A DNA stretch of 26,461 nucleotides from Candidatus Bathyarchaeota archaeon. GTDB taxonomy: Archaea > Thermoproteota > Bathyarchaeia > Bathyarchaeales > Bathycorpusculaceae. The stretch's first letter is position 1; the number at the start of each line of letters is the position of its first letter. The stretch is from the NCBI GenBank assembly GCA_003601785.1, contig PIYA01000001.1, forward strand, positions 1 through 26,461, in the 5' to 3' direction. Shown one piece after another: positions 15,927 through 23,974 of the stretch. The notes under the pieces were generated by a model. The model had not been told where the DNA came from, did not search any database, and saw only the letters and a list, made by a program, of their open reading frames with translations. The translations under genes were made by a program, and so were the position numbers.

Positions 15927-16681
15927 ATGTTAAAGGTTCCCATGAAAATACACCGATCGAACTGTATCATCATATCCTCTGAACCATAAACGCGGTCTTC
16001 GAAATCAACGGGGGCATCCCTAATCAAAACCACCGGAGTTTTCTCCGTTGTCTCACCCATCAACAAATGTGCTGCAGAAGCCAGATCGTCTGCGATGGCA
16101 TGACGCGTGATAATCAACGGCTTTCCAAAGATGTCTCCTTCTCCTCTGCAGTCCTTTACTGGTTTAAATCCTGCGACAGCTAAGGCCAGACCTGTAGTGC
16201 CCATCCTCAACGGTGTCAATCGGCTGTCAACAATTAAAACAGCCACGTTCTTACCAGTTTTCCGCATAATTTCCTCCTTAAGACGCTTCGCTGCTTCTTT
16301 AGCATGCTTCGGCCATAACGCAACGAACCCCTCAGGCGTGTTCTTTCTATCTATTCCCGCATTCGCTGTCAACACATCGTTTTTAAGAGTTAAAACCGCG
16401 TTTTCAACCCCTCCGTAAATTCTATCCGCCTCCCTGAGAATTAACTCTGCAAATTCCGGTGTCAACGAAAATCTATCTGCAAGCTTTCTCGCTTCTTCTG
16501 AAGCCTTAACGTTTTCAAGTTTCAATATGCGGTTTTCAGCGTAAGCCACAACCTTCGACGCTAAAGCCAGTATGTCTCCATCTTCAATTTTTAAGCTCTG
16601 ATCCCTTAAAGATTCGAGAATCACATCAACTAGGTTGTCACGGGCTTTTATGACTCTTGTTTTAACAGCGTAAAGCCTCAT
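15920..16681 (-). CDS. cofE: CofE-family gamma-glutamyl ligase (coenzyme F420-0:L-glutamate ligase-like)
   Basis: GDIL.LASKVVAYAE, ANAGID..N, V.IVDS...P.R.G, G..DIFGKPL.IT..A.AD.LASAA.LLMGE..E.TPVVLIR. Confidence 0.85.
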   Translation of the reverse strand: MRLYAVKTRVIKARDNLVDVILESLRDQSLKIEDGDILALASKVVAYAENRILKLENVKASEEARKLADRFSLTPEFAELILREADRIYGGVENAVLTLKNDVLTANAGIDRKNTPEGFVALWPKHAKEAAKRLKEEIMRKTGKNVAVLIVDSRLTPLRMGTTGLALAVAGFKPVKDCRGEGDIFGKPLIITRHAIADDLASAAHLLMGETTEKTPVVLIRDAPVDFEDRVYGSEDMMIQFDRCIFMGTFNIQ

Positions 16682-16687
16682 ACACTT

Positions 16688-16978
16688 TCACCCTGCATGT
16701 AAAATTGAGATGAAAACTACCTCATCTCCATCCTTAATCAGTGTTTCTAAACCGTTCAAAACACTGATTTCCTTTCCATTCACAAGAATGAGCGCGTTAG
16801 GCCTAGGGTCTTCAAGTTCCGGGTCTATCAGAACTTTGTTGATTTTGGGTATGTCATCGGTCATTTTGTTCACAAGCTCTCTGAGTGAGACCGTGTCTTC
16901 ATTCTTGATTTCAAACACAAACTTGTTTTTTCCTAGAACGCCTCTAAAAATTCCGTAAAATTTTATGGTTACTCTCAT
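16688..16978 (-). CDS. Ubiquitin-like beta-grasp protein (MoaD/ThiS/SAMP/Urm1 family) with atypical C-terminal -HAG
   Basis: MRVTIKFYG.FR and ILVNGKEI..L.GLET..KDGDEV.F. Ends CAT GCA GGG TGA. AGGAG RBS upstream. Confidence 0.85.
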   Translation of the reverse strand: MRVTIKFYGIFRGVLGKNKFVFEIKNEDTVSLRELVNKMTDDIPKINKVLIDPELEDPRPNALILVNGKEISVLNGLETLIKDGDEVVFISILHAG

Positions 16979-16989
16979 TTCTTTCTCCT

Positions 16990-18366
16990 TTACAGAACTA
17001 TTATAACCGAAACATCGTTGACGTTTGTGCCAGTTGGACCCGTGAAGATTAAGTCTCCGAGTTCTGAAAAGAAGTTGTAGGAGTTGTTTTCAGCTAGAAA
17101 TTCCTCAGGGTTTAATCCTTTATTCGCGGCTCTTTCTAAGGTTTTTCCGTCAACTATCGCTCCAGCGGCGTCTGTTGGTCCGTCCACCCCGTCTGTGCTG
17201 AGGGAAGCTAGAACCACCCCGTTCATTCCCTCAAGCTTTAAGGCGGCTGATAAGGCTATCTCTTGGTTTCTTCCACCTAAGCCTTTCCCTTTAACGGTTA
17301 CTGTGGTTTCCCCTCCGGCAACGATGCCCGCTGGTTTTGAGACGGGATTTTGAGAGATGGAGATTTCACGGGCTATTGAGGCTAGCACTGTTCCAACGTG
17401 TCTGGCTTCCCCTTCCAGCGTGGATGTTAATAACAAAGTGTTTAATCCATTGCTCCTAAGAGATTCACAAGCCGCCAAACTTGCAAATCTGTTGTTTCCA
17501 ACAACGACTGTGAAGACTTTTTTAAACACTTGGTCATCTGCTTTCGGTGTTTCTGGGATGAGTCCCTTCTCTCCGTCTGATAGAACCTTTCGGATGGATT
17601 CCGGAACAGTATTCCACAGTTCATACTTTTTTAAAATCTTTACAGCCTCATGAAAGGTTGTTGAATCCGGAACCGTTGGACCTGAGGCTATGAAATCTAA
17701 GGGGTCGCCTATGACGTCTGACAGTATAAGGTTCAGAACCGTCGCCGGATAAGCCTTTTTCGCGAGCCATCCTCCCTTAAAATCCGATATGTGTTTTCTC
17801 ACAGTGTTTATCTCGTTTATCGTTGCCCCACACTTGAGCAGTGCTTCTGTAATTTTCTTCTTATCAACTATTGAGATGTCGCCGCGCGGCAGGGGCATGA
17901 GACTTGAACCACCGCCTGAAATCAAGCATATAACCAAATCGTTTTCTCCCGCTTTTTCAGCTATCTCCAAAATGCGACGTGTTCCCTCAACACCCGTTTC
18001 ATCTGGAATTGGATGGCTTGCCTCGTGAAGTTTTATCACCTTTGTCTTATGCTTGGTGCCTCTTGGAATGTTTATGAATCCGTCGGTTATATGTTCGCTT
18101 AGGATTTGTTCTAGAGCTTCAGCCATGGAGCCGCTTGCTTTTCCGCCGCCAACCACGTAAACGTGCTTAAACCTTCTCAAATCAAAGGAATAACCATTCA
18201 CTTTAAGCACGGAATTTTGCAGTGAAATCCTTGATTTTATTATCCGTTTTGGGTCAACGGCGTTTAAAGCGCTTTCAAGGCTGTCAAGGGATAGTTTTCT
18301 GGCTTTCTGATTGAGTTCTGTTTCACCGTTTGTGATGAGCTTTTCTCTGTTCTTTATCGTTATCAT
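16990..18366 (-). CDS. Glycerate 2-kinase (MOFRL/GckA/TtuD family)
   Basis: VVGGGKA, ASHP.PD, LISGGGSSL, INTVRKH.S..KGG, SDV.GD..DFIASGPT, GGETTV, GGRNQE, TDG.DG and TGTNVND. Confidence 0.93.
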   Translation of the reverse strand: MITIKNREKLITNGETELNQKARKLSLDSLESALNAVDPKRIIKSRISLQNSVLKVNGYSFDLRRFKHVYVVGGGKASGSMAEALEQILSEHITDGFINIPRGTKHKTKVIKLHEASHPIPDETGVEGTRRILEIAEKAGENDLVICLISGGGSSLMPLPRGDISIVDKKKITEALLKCGATINEINTVRKHISDFKGGWLAKKAYPATVLNLILSDVIGDPLDFIASGPTVPDSTTFHEAVKILKKYELWNTVPESIRKVLSDGEKGLIPETPKADDQVFKKVFTVVVGNNRFASLAACESLRSNGLNTLLLTSTLEGEARHVGTVLASIAREISISQNPVSKPAGIVAGGETTVTVKGKGLGGRNQEIALSAALKLEGMNGVVLASLSTDGVDGPTDAAGAIVDGKTLERAANKGLNPEEFLAENNSYNFFSELGDLIFTGPTGTNVNDVSVIIVL

Positions 18367-18461
18367 GTTAGTTGCCCGTTAAACAGTCAAAGGCTAATGC
18401 GTAAATGTAATAAGCCAACGTTAATAAAGAGTTTCGCAAACTTTAACTCTGGTGAAAATAT

Positions 18462-19466
18462 ATGGAGAAACCAAAGGTTTATGTTACCCGTGAGATTCCT
18501 GAGAGAGGTTTAAAAATAATCAGGGAGCGTTTTGACGCTGAGGTTTGGCCTGAATATGCTCCTCCGCCGAAACAGGTTATAATAGAAAAAGCGCGAAACG
18601 TCGACGCTCTTGTTTCACTATTATCCGACAAAATAGATGCTGAAGTTTTTGACGCAGCACCGAAACTGAAAATAGTTTCTCAACTGGCTGTTGGCTTCGA
18701 TAACATAGACGTGCAAGAAGCCACTAAGAGAGGCATCTACGTGACGAACACACCTGGAGTTTTAACGGAGACAACGGCTGATTTCGCGTGGGCTCTGCTT
18801 ATGGCTGTTGCCAGACGTGTCGTTGAAGCGGACAAATACATTCGTAGCGGAAAGTGGAAGGTGGGATGGCATCCAAGCATGCTTCTGGGAAGAGATGTTC
18901 ACGATGCAACTATAGGCATTGTGGGTGCTGGAAGAATCGGTTCAGCCGTGGCGAGAAGAGCTAAGGGTTTTAACATGCGAATTCTGTTCTACGATGTTGT
19001 TCCAAGACCTGAACTTGAAAGAGAACTCGGTGCAAAACGTGTTGATTTGGAAACGCTTTTCAGAGAAGCAGACTTCGTCAGTGTTCACGTTCCATTGATG
19101 AAGGCAACCTACCATCTTGTAGATGAGGAGAAGCTTAGGTTGATGAAAAAAACCGCTTACCTAATAAATAATTCACGCGGTCCAGTTGTTGATGAAAAAG
19201 CATTGTACAAAGCCTTAAAGGAAGGATGGATTGCCGGGGCTGCATTGGACGTTTTTGAGCAAGAACCAACCCCCGTTGACAATCCGTTATTGACGCTTGA
19301 CAACGTGGTTGTTGCTCCCCACATATCAAGTGCAAGCTATGAGACGCGTTCAAAGATGGCTGAGATGGTTGCTGAAAATCTCATCGCGTTCTTTGAGGGA
19401 AGAAAGCCGCCGAACCTTGTGAATCCTGAAGTCGTGAACGTGCGGCCTCTGTCAAAACAGTTCTAG
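18462..19466 (+). CDS. gyaR: Glyoxylate/hydroxypyruvate reductase (D-2-hydroxyacid dehydrogenase)
   Basis: AVGFDNID, TNTPGVLTETTAD, GAGRIG Rossmann motif, and catalytic R (NSRG), E (EQEP) and H (APHI). GGTGA RBS. Confidence 0.9.
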   Translation: MEKPKVYVTREIPERGLKIIRERFDAEVWPEYAPPPKQVIIEKARNVDALVSLLSDKIDAEVFDAAPKLKIVSQLAVGFDNIDVQEATKRGIYVTNTPGVLTETTADFAWALLMAVARRVVEADKYIRSGKWKVGWHPSMLLGRDVHDATIGIVGAGRIGSAVARRAKGFNMRILFYDVVPRPELERELGAKRVDLETLFREADFVSVHVPLMKATYHLVDEEKLRLMKKTAYLINNSRGPVVDEKALYKALKEGWIAGAALDVFEQEPTPVDNPLLTLDNVVVAPHISSASYETRSKMAEMVAENLIAFFEGRKPPNLVNPEVVNVRPLSKQF

Positions 19467-19555
19467 ACATCACGTTTCAGCGTTCTGAAGCTTAACTGTT
19501 AAATACCCCTTTCTCATTTTATTTATTTTCCTTTCAAATCTAGGATGGTTGAGTC

Positions 19556-20734
19556 ATGTCCATCTTTGCGGAGAGAATGAAAACCCTAGGAACTGAAACG
19601 GCTTTTGAAGTGCTTGCTAAGGCTAAAGCTCTTGAAAAACAAGGAAAAGACATTGTGCATCTGGAAATCGGCGAGCCTGATTTCGACACGCCGAAAAACA
19701 TTAAGGAAGCTGCTGTAAAGGCCCTCTACGCTGGTTACACTCATTACGTTCCAGCTGCTGGAATTCCAGAGTTAAGAGAAGCCATTGCAGAGTACATCTC
19801 GAAAACTAGAAAGATTGATGTGGACCCTGAAGAGGTAGTTGTTGCCCCTGGAGCCAAACCCATAATGCTCTATGCAATTCTTGCATGCGTTAATCCCGGT
19901 GAGGAGGTCGTATATCAGAACCCGGGTTATCCTATCTTTGAGTCTTTGATAAACTTTGTCAGAGCCAAACCCGTGCCCATTCCTCTTAAGGAAGAGAACG
20001 ATTTTAGAATGGACCATGAGTATGTTAAGGAGAAAATAACGAAAAAAACAAAGATGATAATCATCAATTCCCCTGAAAATCCCACGGGTGGAATTTTAAC
20101 CCGTGAAGACTTGAAGCTCATAGCTGATTGCGTCGCCGACAGGGATGACGTTGTTATTCTTTCCGATGAAATTTACAGCCGAATAATATACGAGGGTGAG
20201 CATGAAAGCATCGCTTCGCTTCCTGGGATGAAAGAAAAAACAATTTTGCTGGACGGCTTTTCAAAAACCTACGCTATGACGGGTTGGAGGCTCGGATACG
20301 GTGTTATGCGTAAAGACATAGCGCAGAAGGCTACTCAGTTGATGATTAACTCGAACTCCTGCACTTGCGCCTTCGTTCAAATGGCTGGTGTTGAAGCCTT
20401 GAAGGGACCGCAAGATGAGGTGGATAGGATGGTCGCCGAGTTTAAACGGAGAAGAGAGGTTATAATTCCAGGATTGAACGAGATTGAAGGGATAAGCTGT
20501 AAGAAGCCGCGTGGAGCCTTCTACGCCTTTCCAAACATAACTAAGCTGGGAATGAGCAGCCGTGAATTTTCAGATTACCTTCTCAATGAGGCTGGTGTCG
20601 CTGTCTTACCTGGAACATCTTTCGGAGAGTACGGTGAAGGCTATCTGCGTCTGTCCTTTGCAACCTCCGTTGAGAACATCAAGAAAGCGTTAAACCGTAT
20701 AGATGAAGCTGTTAAAAAACTCAGAAAACCATGA
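19556..20734 (+). CDS. PLP-dependent class I/II aminotransferase (aspartate aminotransferase-like)
   Basis: IGEPDF.TP, YVPAAGIPELREAI, NSPENPTG, SDEIY, SKTYAMTGWRLGY (PLP lysine) and YLRLSFA. Confidence 0.93.
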   Translation: MSIFAERMKTLGTETAFEVLAKAKALEKQGKDIVHLEIGEPDFDTPKNIKEAAVKALYAGYTHYVPAAGIPELREAIAEYISKTRKIDVDPEEVVVAPGAKPIMLYAILACVNPGEEVVYQNPGYPIFESLINFVRAKPVPIPLKEENDFRMDHEYVKEKITKKTKMIIINSPENPTGGILTREDLKLIADCVADRDDVVILSDEIYSRIIYEGEHESIASLPGMKEKTILLDGFSKTYAMTGWRLGYGVMRKDIAQKATQLMINSNSCTCAFVQMAGVEALKGPQDEVDRMVAEFKRRREVIIPGLNEIEGISCKKPRGAFYAFPNITKLGMSSREFSDYLLNEAGVAVLPGTSFGEYGEGYLRLSFATSVENIKKALNRIDEAVKKLRKP

Positions 20735-20738
20735 TTTC

Positions 20739-21113
20739 TTAATCTTCCAGTTTTTCTCCTACTAACGTTTCAACTATCTCCGAAGCCAGCTGTACCAAGC
20801 CTTGCGCTCTTTCTAACGCTCTTTCCCCATCCAACAATTCTTGCCGCATCAGCCTCTGCACTGTTTCTTCGACGCCTATGAGACAATTTAAAACAGGGTC
20901 ATTCACCGTCTGCTTTTTCTCTCTCTCCTCCTTCACGAGGTTTTCTATAAAGGCTGGTTCTCCAAGGCTGTAGTATATGGCTGATTGGGCTTTTTTAACG
21001 GCTTCCAAGACGAATCTTGGCGCCATGTACGGAATGTTTCTTGCAGCCTCAAGCTCCGCTTTTGCCTCTCTTAGGAATCGAAGCGCCCACTCCTTTCTGT
21101 ATTCATCCATCAT
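20739..21113 (-). CDS. Small all-helical protein, HEPN-like, without an RxxxxH motif
   Basis: The N-terminal WA.RFL.EA..EL..A...AV.KAQ.A pattern resembles HEPN helices 1-2. No catalytic RxxxxH is seen. Confidence 0.45.
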   Translation of the reverse strand: MMDEYRKEWALRFLREAKAELEAARNIPYMAPRFVLEAVKKAQSAIYYSLGEPAFIENLVKEEREKKQTVNDPVLNCLIGVEETVQRLMRQELLDGERALERAQGLVQLASEIVETLVGEKLED

Positions 21114-21160
21114 AAGTTTTCATCTTTACTAAATTGTTTAAAATAAACATGGTTTTAAGT

Positions 21161-21388
21161 TTATTCGCTCTGCTCTGATGAGCTTTCGTTTGAGGAAGCA
21201 ATTCTCATTCCGGCGAAAACATGTGTTATGTATCCTGCGATTTGATTCCTTACTTTGGGAGTTGCTCCTTGTGTTAGAGCGGTGACGGCTCTTTTGTTGT
21301 TCTCAAAATCCTTTGAAAATTTGTCTGGGAAACGCTTGATAAGCTCTTTGGCTACGCGTTTAATGTATTCTGTTCGCACTTTACCCAA
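21161..21388 (-). CDS. rps17e: 30S ribosomal protein S17e
   Basis: MGKVRT..IKRVA..L, F..DFENNK and KVRNQIAGYIT. TTG start. Confidence 0.96.
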   Translation of the reverse strand: MGKVRTEYIKRVAKELIKRFPDKFSKDFENNKRAVTALTQGATPKVRNQIAGYITHVFAGMRIASSNESSSEQSE

Positions 21389-21471
21389 ACCTTAGTTTCC
21401 CCCAAGTATGCACTGAATTTTTCACCTCTGCGGTTATTACCTACGTTTTGACCTTTCATAAAACCATATAC

Positions 21472-22257
21472 CTAATTTAACTTTACTCTGAAGAAAGCTT
21501 CGAAATTTTTAACTATCTGCGCAGCAACCTCTTCAACTTCTAAGCCTTTAACCTCTGCTACAGCTTTCACCACCGTTGGAATGAAAGCCGGAGTTGTCCT
21601 TTTACCTTTAAACGGATTTTTCCAGTAACGAACAGGTCCGTCGGTCTCCGTTAACAGATTGGTCAACGGCGTTCTTCTGACAACTTCGCGTATGCCGTTG
21701 GAATAAGCTGTGGGTGGTCCTTCTGTGATGTAATATCCATGTTCCAAGGCTTTTTTTAAAGCGCTTAAAGGATGGCTAAACCAGTGTAGCAACACTTTTT
21801 TAAGGTTAAACGATGGAAGCATATCAACAATCTGCGATGTTGTGCCTCTTGAATGAATTATAACGGGTAAGTCAAGCTTTTCAGCTAAATTCAGCATTTC
21901 ATTAAAAACCATCAGCTGCTTGTCCCACACTCTAGTGTATTTGTAATCCAATCCTATTTCACCGATGGCTACCAAAGCCTTGTTCTTTCGCGCTCTTTCT
22001 TCTGAAATCAACTCTTCAACACGCTTCAACTCTGCATCTGTTAGATTCTGCACGTTCCAAGGATGGACTCCCAAGGCAGCGTAAACCATCCCCGGATATC
22101 GTTCCGACAGTTTTAAACTCCCGACGCTTGTCTCTAAATCCATAGAGTTCGAAACTAAGGCAACAACGTTGGATTTTTTTGCTTCCGCTATTATCTCATC
22201 CAAATCTTCGGCGTATTCCTCATCTGAAAGGTGAACGTGTGCATCAACGAACTTCAT
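21472..22257 (-). CDS. tatD: TatD-family metal-dependent nuclease/hydrolase
   Basis: DAHVH, GVHPW, IGEIGLDY, IHSR, LHWFS and LTETDGP. Confidence 0.93.
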   Translation of the reverse strand: MKFVDAHVHLSDEEYAEDLDEIIAEAKKSNVVALVSNSMDLETSVGSLKLSERYPGMVYAALGVHPWNVQNLTDAELKRVEELISEERARKNKALVAIGEIGLDYKYTRVWDKQLMVFNEMLNLAEKLDLPVIIHSRGTTSQIVDMLPSFNLKKVLLHWFSHPLSALKKALEHGYYITEGPPTAYSNGIREVVRRTPLTNLLTETDGPVRYWKNPFKGKRTTPAFIPTVVKAVAEVKGLEVEEVAAQIVKNFEAFFRVKLN

Positions 22258-22363
22258 CTAAACCACGGCTTCCATAACTATTCCTCTCTTTTTATAATTT
22301 CCTCTTTAATTGAAATTTTCTGGAAGTTAACGACGTATTTCAGCAAATAAGAAACAATAAAGG

Positions 22364-22401
22364 TTAAATATTGCTTTAAATAAAAAAAGAGGCTACGGAG
22401 G
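22364..22401 (+). promoter_or_regulatory. Candidate histone gene promoter (TTAAATA 22364-22370 or TTTAAATA 22375-22382) and GGAGG RBS (22397-22401)
   Basis: Motifs read directly upstream of ATG 22409. Confidence 0.45.
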
Positions 22402-22408
22402 AGTCTTT

Positions 22409-22630
22409 ATGGCAAATTTAGAATTAGCAATAGCTCCAATGCACAGATTATGCAAAAAAGCTGGAGCCGAAAGGGTTAGCGAAGCAGCGGCAAAGGAACT
22501 GGCAAAATCGCTAGAAGACATAGGGATAAAAATCGCGAAGGAAGCGTTAGACTTCGCTATGCACGCCGGAAGAAAAACGATAAAGGCTGAAGACATAGAA
22601 ATCGCAGCTAGAAAGGTCATGGGTAAGTAG
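22409..22630 (+). CDS. Archaeal histone (HMf family)
   Basis: EL.IAP..R..K.AGAERVS and A.HAGRKTIKAEDIE.A align with HMfA/B. Confidence 0.96.
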   Translation: MANLELAIAPMHRLCKKAGAERVSEAAAKELAKSLEDIGIKIAKEALDFAMHAGRKTIKAEDIEIAARKVMGK

Positions 22631-22730
22631 TCAAACGGAAGCTTTCCAAATTCTCTTCTTTTTATCTTAAACCATCTTCCAGAAACTCTATAAGCAAGCC
22701 CTTACACTTCACAAGATAGGGAAACCAACC

Positions 22731-23057
22731 ATGGGTGGAAAGAAGAAACTCAGCCTAAAACAGATGGAACGTCTGCAAAGAAGAAGAGGGGAAAGCGAGA
22801 AAGAGAAGAAGAGAAAAGAGAAGGAAGCTGCACAGATGAGAGAGAAAAAATCAGGGGTGTTTCCGCCAGACCCAAACGACCAAAACGTCGCAAACGAGCT
22901 TAAAAGAATGAGAGTTCTAACACCTTACACTGTGGCTTCCCGTCTCAACATAAGGATAAGCGCCGCCAAAGACTTACTTGAACAGTTGGAGGCGAAGGGT
23001 GTGATACAAATGGTTTCAGGAAACCACAGCCTCAAAATCTATAAGCCAGCGGGATAA
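22731..23057 (+). CDS. rps25e: 30S ribosomal protein S25e
   Basis: Lys-rich N-terminus MGGKKK and winged helix LTPYTVASRLNIRIS.AK.LL..LE.KG.I..VS. Confidence 0.92.
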   Translation: MGGKKKLSLKQMERLQRRRGESEKEKKRKEKEAAQMREKKSGVFPPDPNDQNVANELKRMRVLTPYTVASRLNIRISAAKDLLEQLEAKGVIQMVSGNHSLKIYKPAG

Positions 23058-23101
23058 AATCAACAGTAACGAAACATCAATTTTTGTTTGGAAGCGAAAA
23101 C

Positions 23102-23578
23102 TTGAGTTTCCCTGAAAGAATTTACACCGTTAAAGAGGTTGAAAAAGCAAGAGAGCTTATCCAAAGCGGGTACAGACACCGTTTAACAATAAAGGGAACC
23201 AAGGTTTTCAAACAGAAAGTGAGGCAAGCTCTCAAACTTGTCAAAACAGCCGGTTATTACGATTTTCTGCGAACTTACATCCGTAACATAATAGAGATAG
23301 ACGGTTTAACACAGCTCCGTGAAGCAGACGCAGCCATATGGGCTAACAAGTACGCTGTTAAAAATCCAGTGGACGCAGCGAGCCTCTTCATACAAAAAGC
23401 ACATCACATGAAAGAGTACATTGAAGGAAAACTTTATTTTGGCGGCGAAGCCGAGGCACGCTCGGTTAAGAAGCGTATAGAGTTTCTTGAAAAACTGAAA
23501 GAGAAGAGTCGAAACAAAAAAGTAAAGGAAGAATGTGAGAGACTTCTTAAAAGCTGGAGTGAAAGCATACTTTTATAA
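23102..23578 (+). CDS. Conserved hypothetical protein
   Basis: Long ORF filling the gap, co-oriented with rps25e, with natural-looking composition. Start is TTG 23102 or TTG 23084. Confidence 0.75.
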   Translation: MSFPERIYTVKEVEKARELIQSGYRHRLTIKGTKVFKQKVRQALKLVKTAGYYDFLRTYIRNIIEIDGLTQLREADAAIWANKYAVKNPVDAASLFIQKAHHMKEYIEGKLYFGGEAEARSVKKRIEFLEKLKEKSRNKKVKEECERLLKSWSESILL

Positions 23579-23587
23579 CAGTAATCT

Positions 23588-23974
23588 TTAAGCTAACTTC
23601 TCCAGTTTGATCTTCGTTCCACTTTTGATCTGTTCGAACAGTTCAAGGTTCTTGGTTATTTTGCCTAGAATGTTCACGGGACTGTATGGTTGAGATTCTC
23701 CATAGAACACGCATATAGCGCTCCCCATGGGCCAGAAGGCTATCGTTCCTTTTTCAACAGTTGCCTTTGCTTTTTCTTCACCCATCTTTATCGGAATTTC
23801 AAAGTAAACCTCTTCCTTCCAGAGGGCTGCTCTCCCTTCAACCGGAAGTTTCCTGACAATCATGTCTATTGTTCTAGGTGATAAATGACGTATTAACTCT
23901 CCTTCCGCTTCACCTATGTTTTCAATTATGAATTTTACCTTAACCCTTGAAATCTCTGTCTCTTCACTGTTCAT
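23588..23974 (-). CDS. Cyclophilin-like fold protein (DUF369/TM1367-like)
   Basis: P.T...I...LP..G.A..W.EEVYF.IP, G.IAFWP.G.AIC.FYG.SQP.SPVN..GKI. ATGA overlap with the upstream gene. Confidence 0.85.
   Translation of the reverse strand: MNSEETEISRVKVKFIIENIGEAEGELIRHLSPRTIDMIVRKLPVEGRAALWKEEVYFEIPIKMGEEKAKATVEKGTIAFWPMGSAICVFYGESQPYSPVNILGKITKNLELFEQIKSGTKIKLEKLA

Noticed and set aside
19476-19489. TTCAG-cgtt-CTGAA hairpin after gyaR
   Set aside because: A 5-bp stem is too weak to call a terminator or operator.
20739-21113. HEPN-MNT toxin-antitoxin system
   Set aside because: No MNT partner and no RxxxxH motif.
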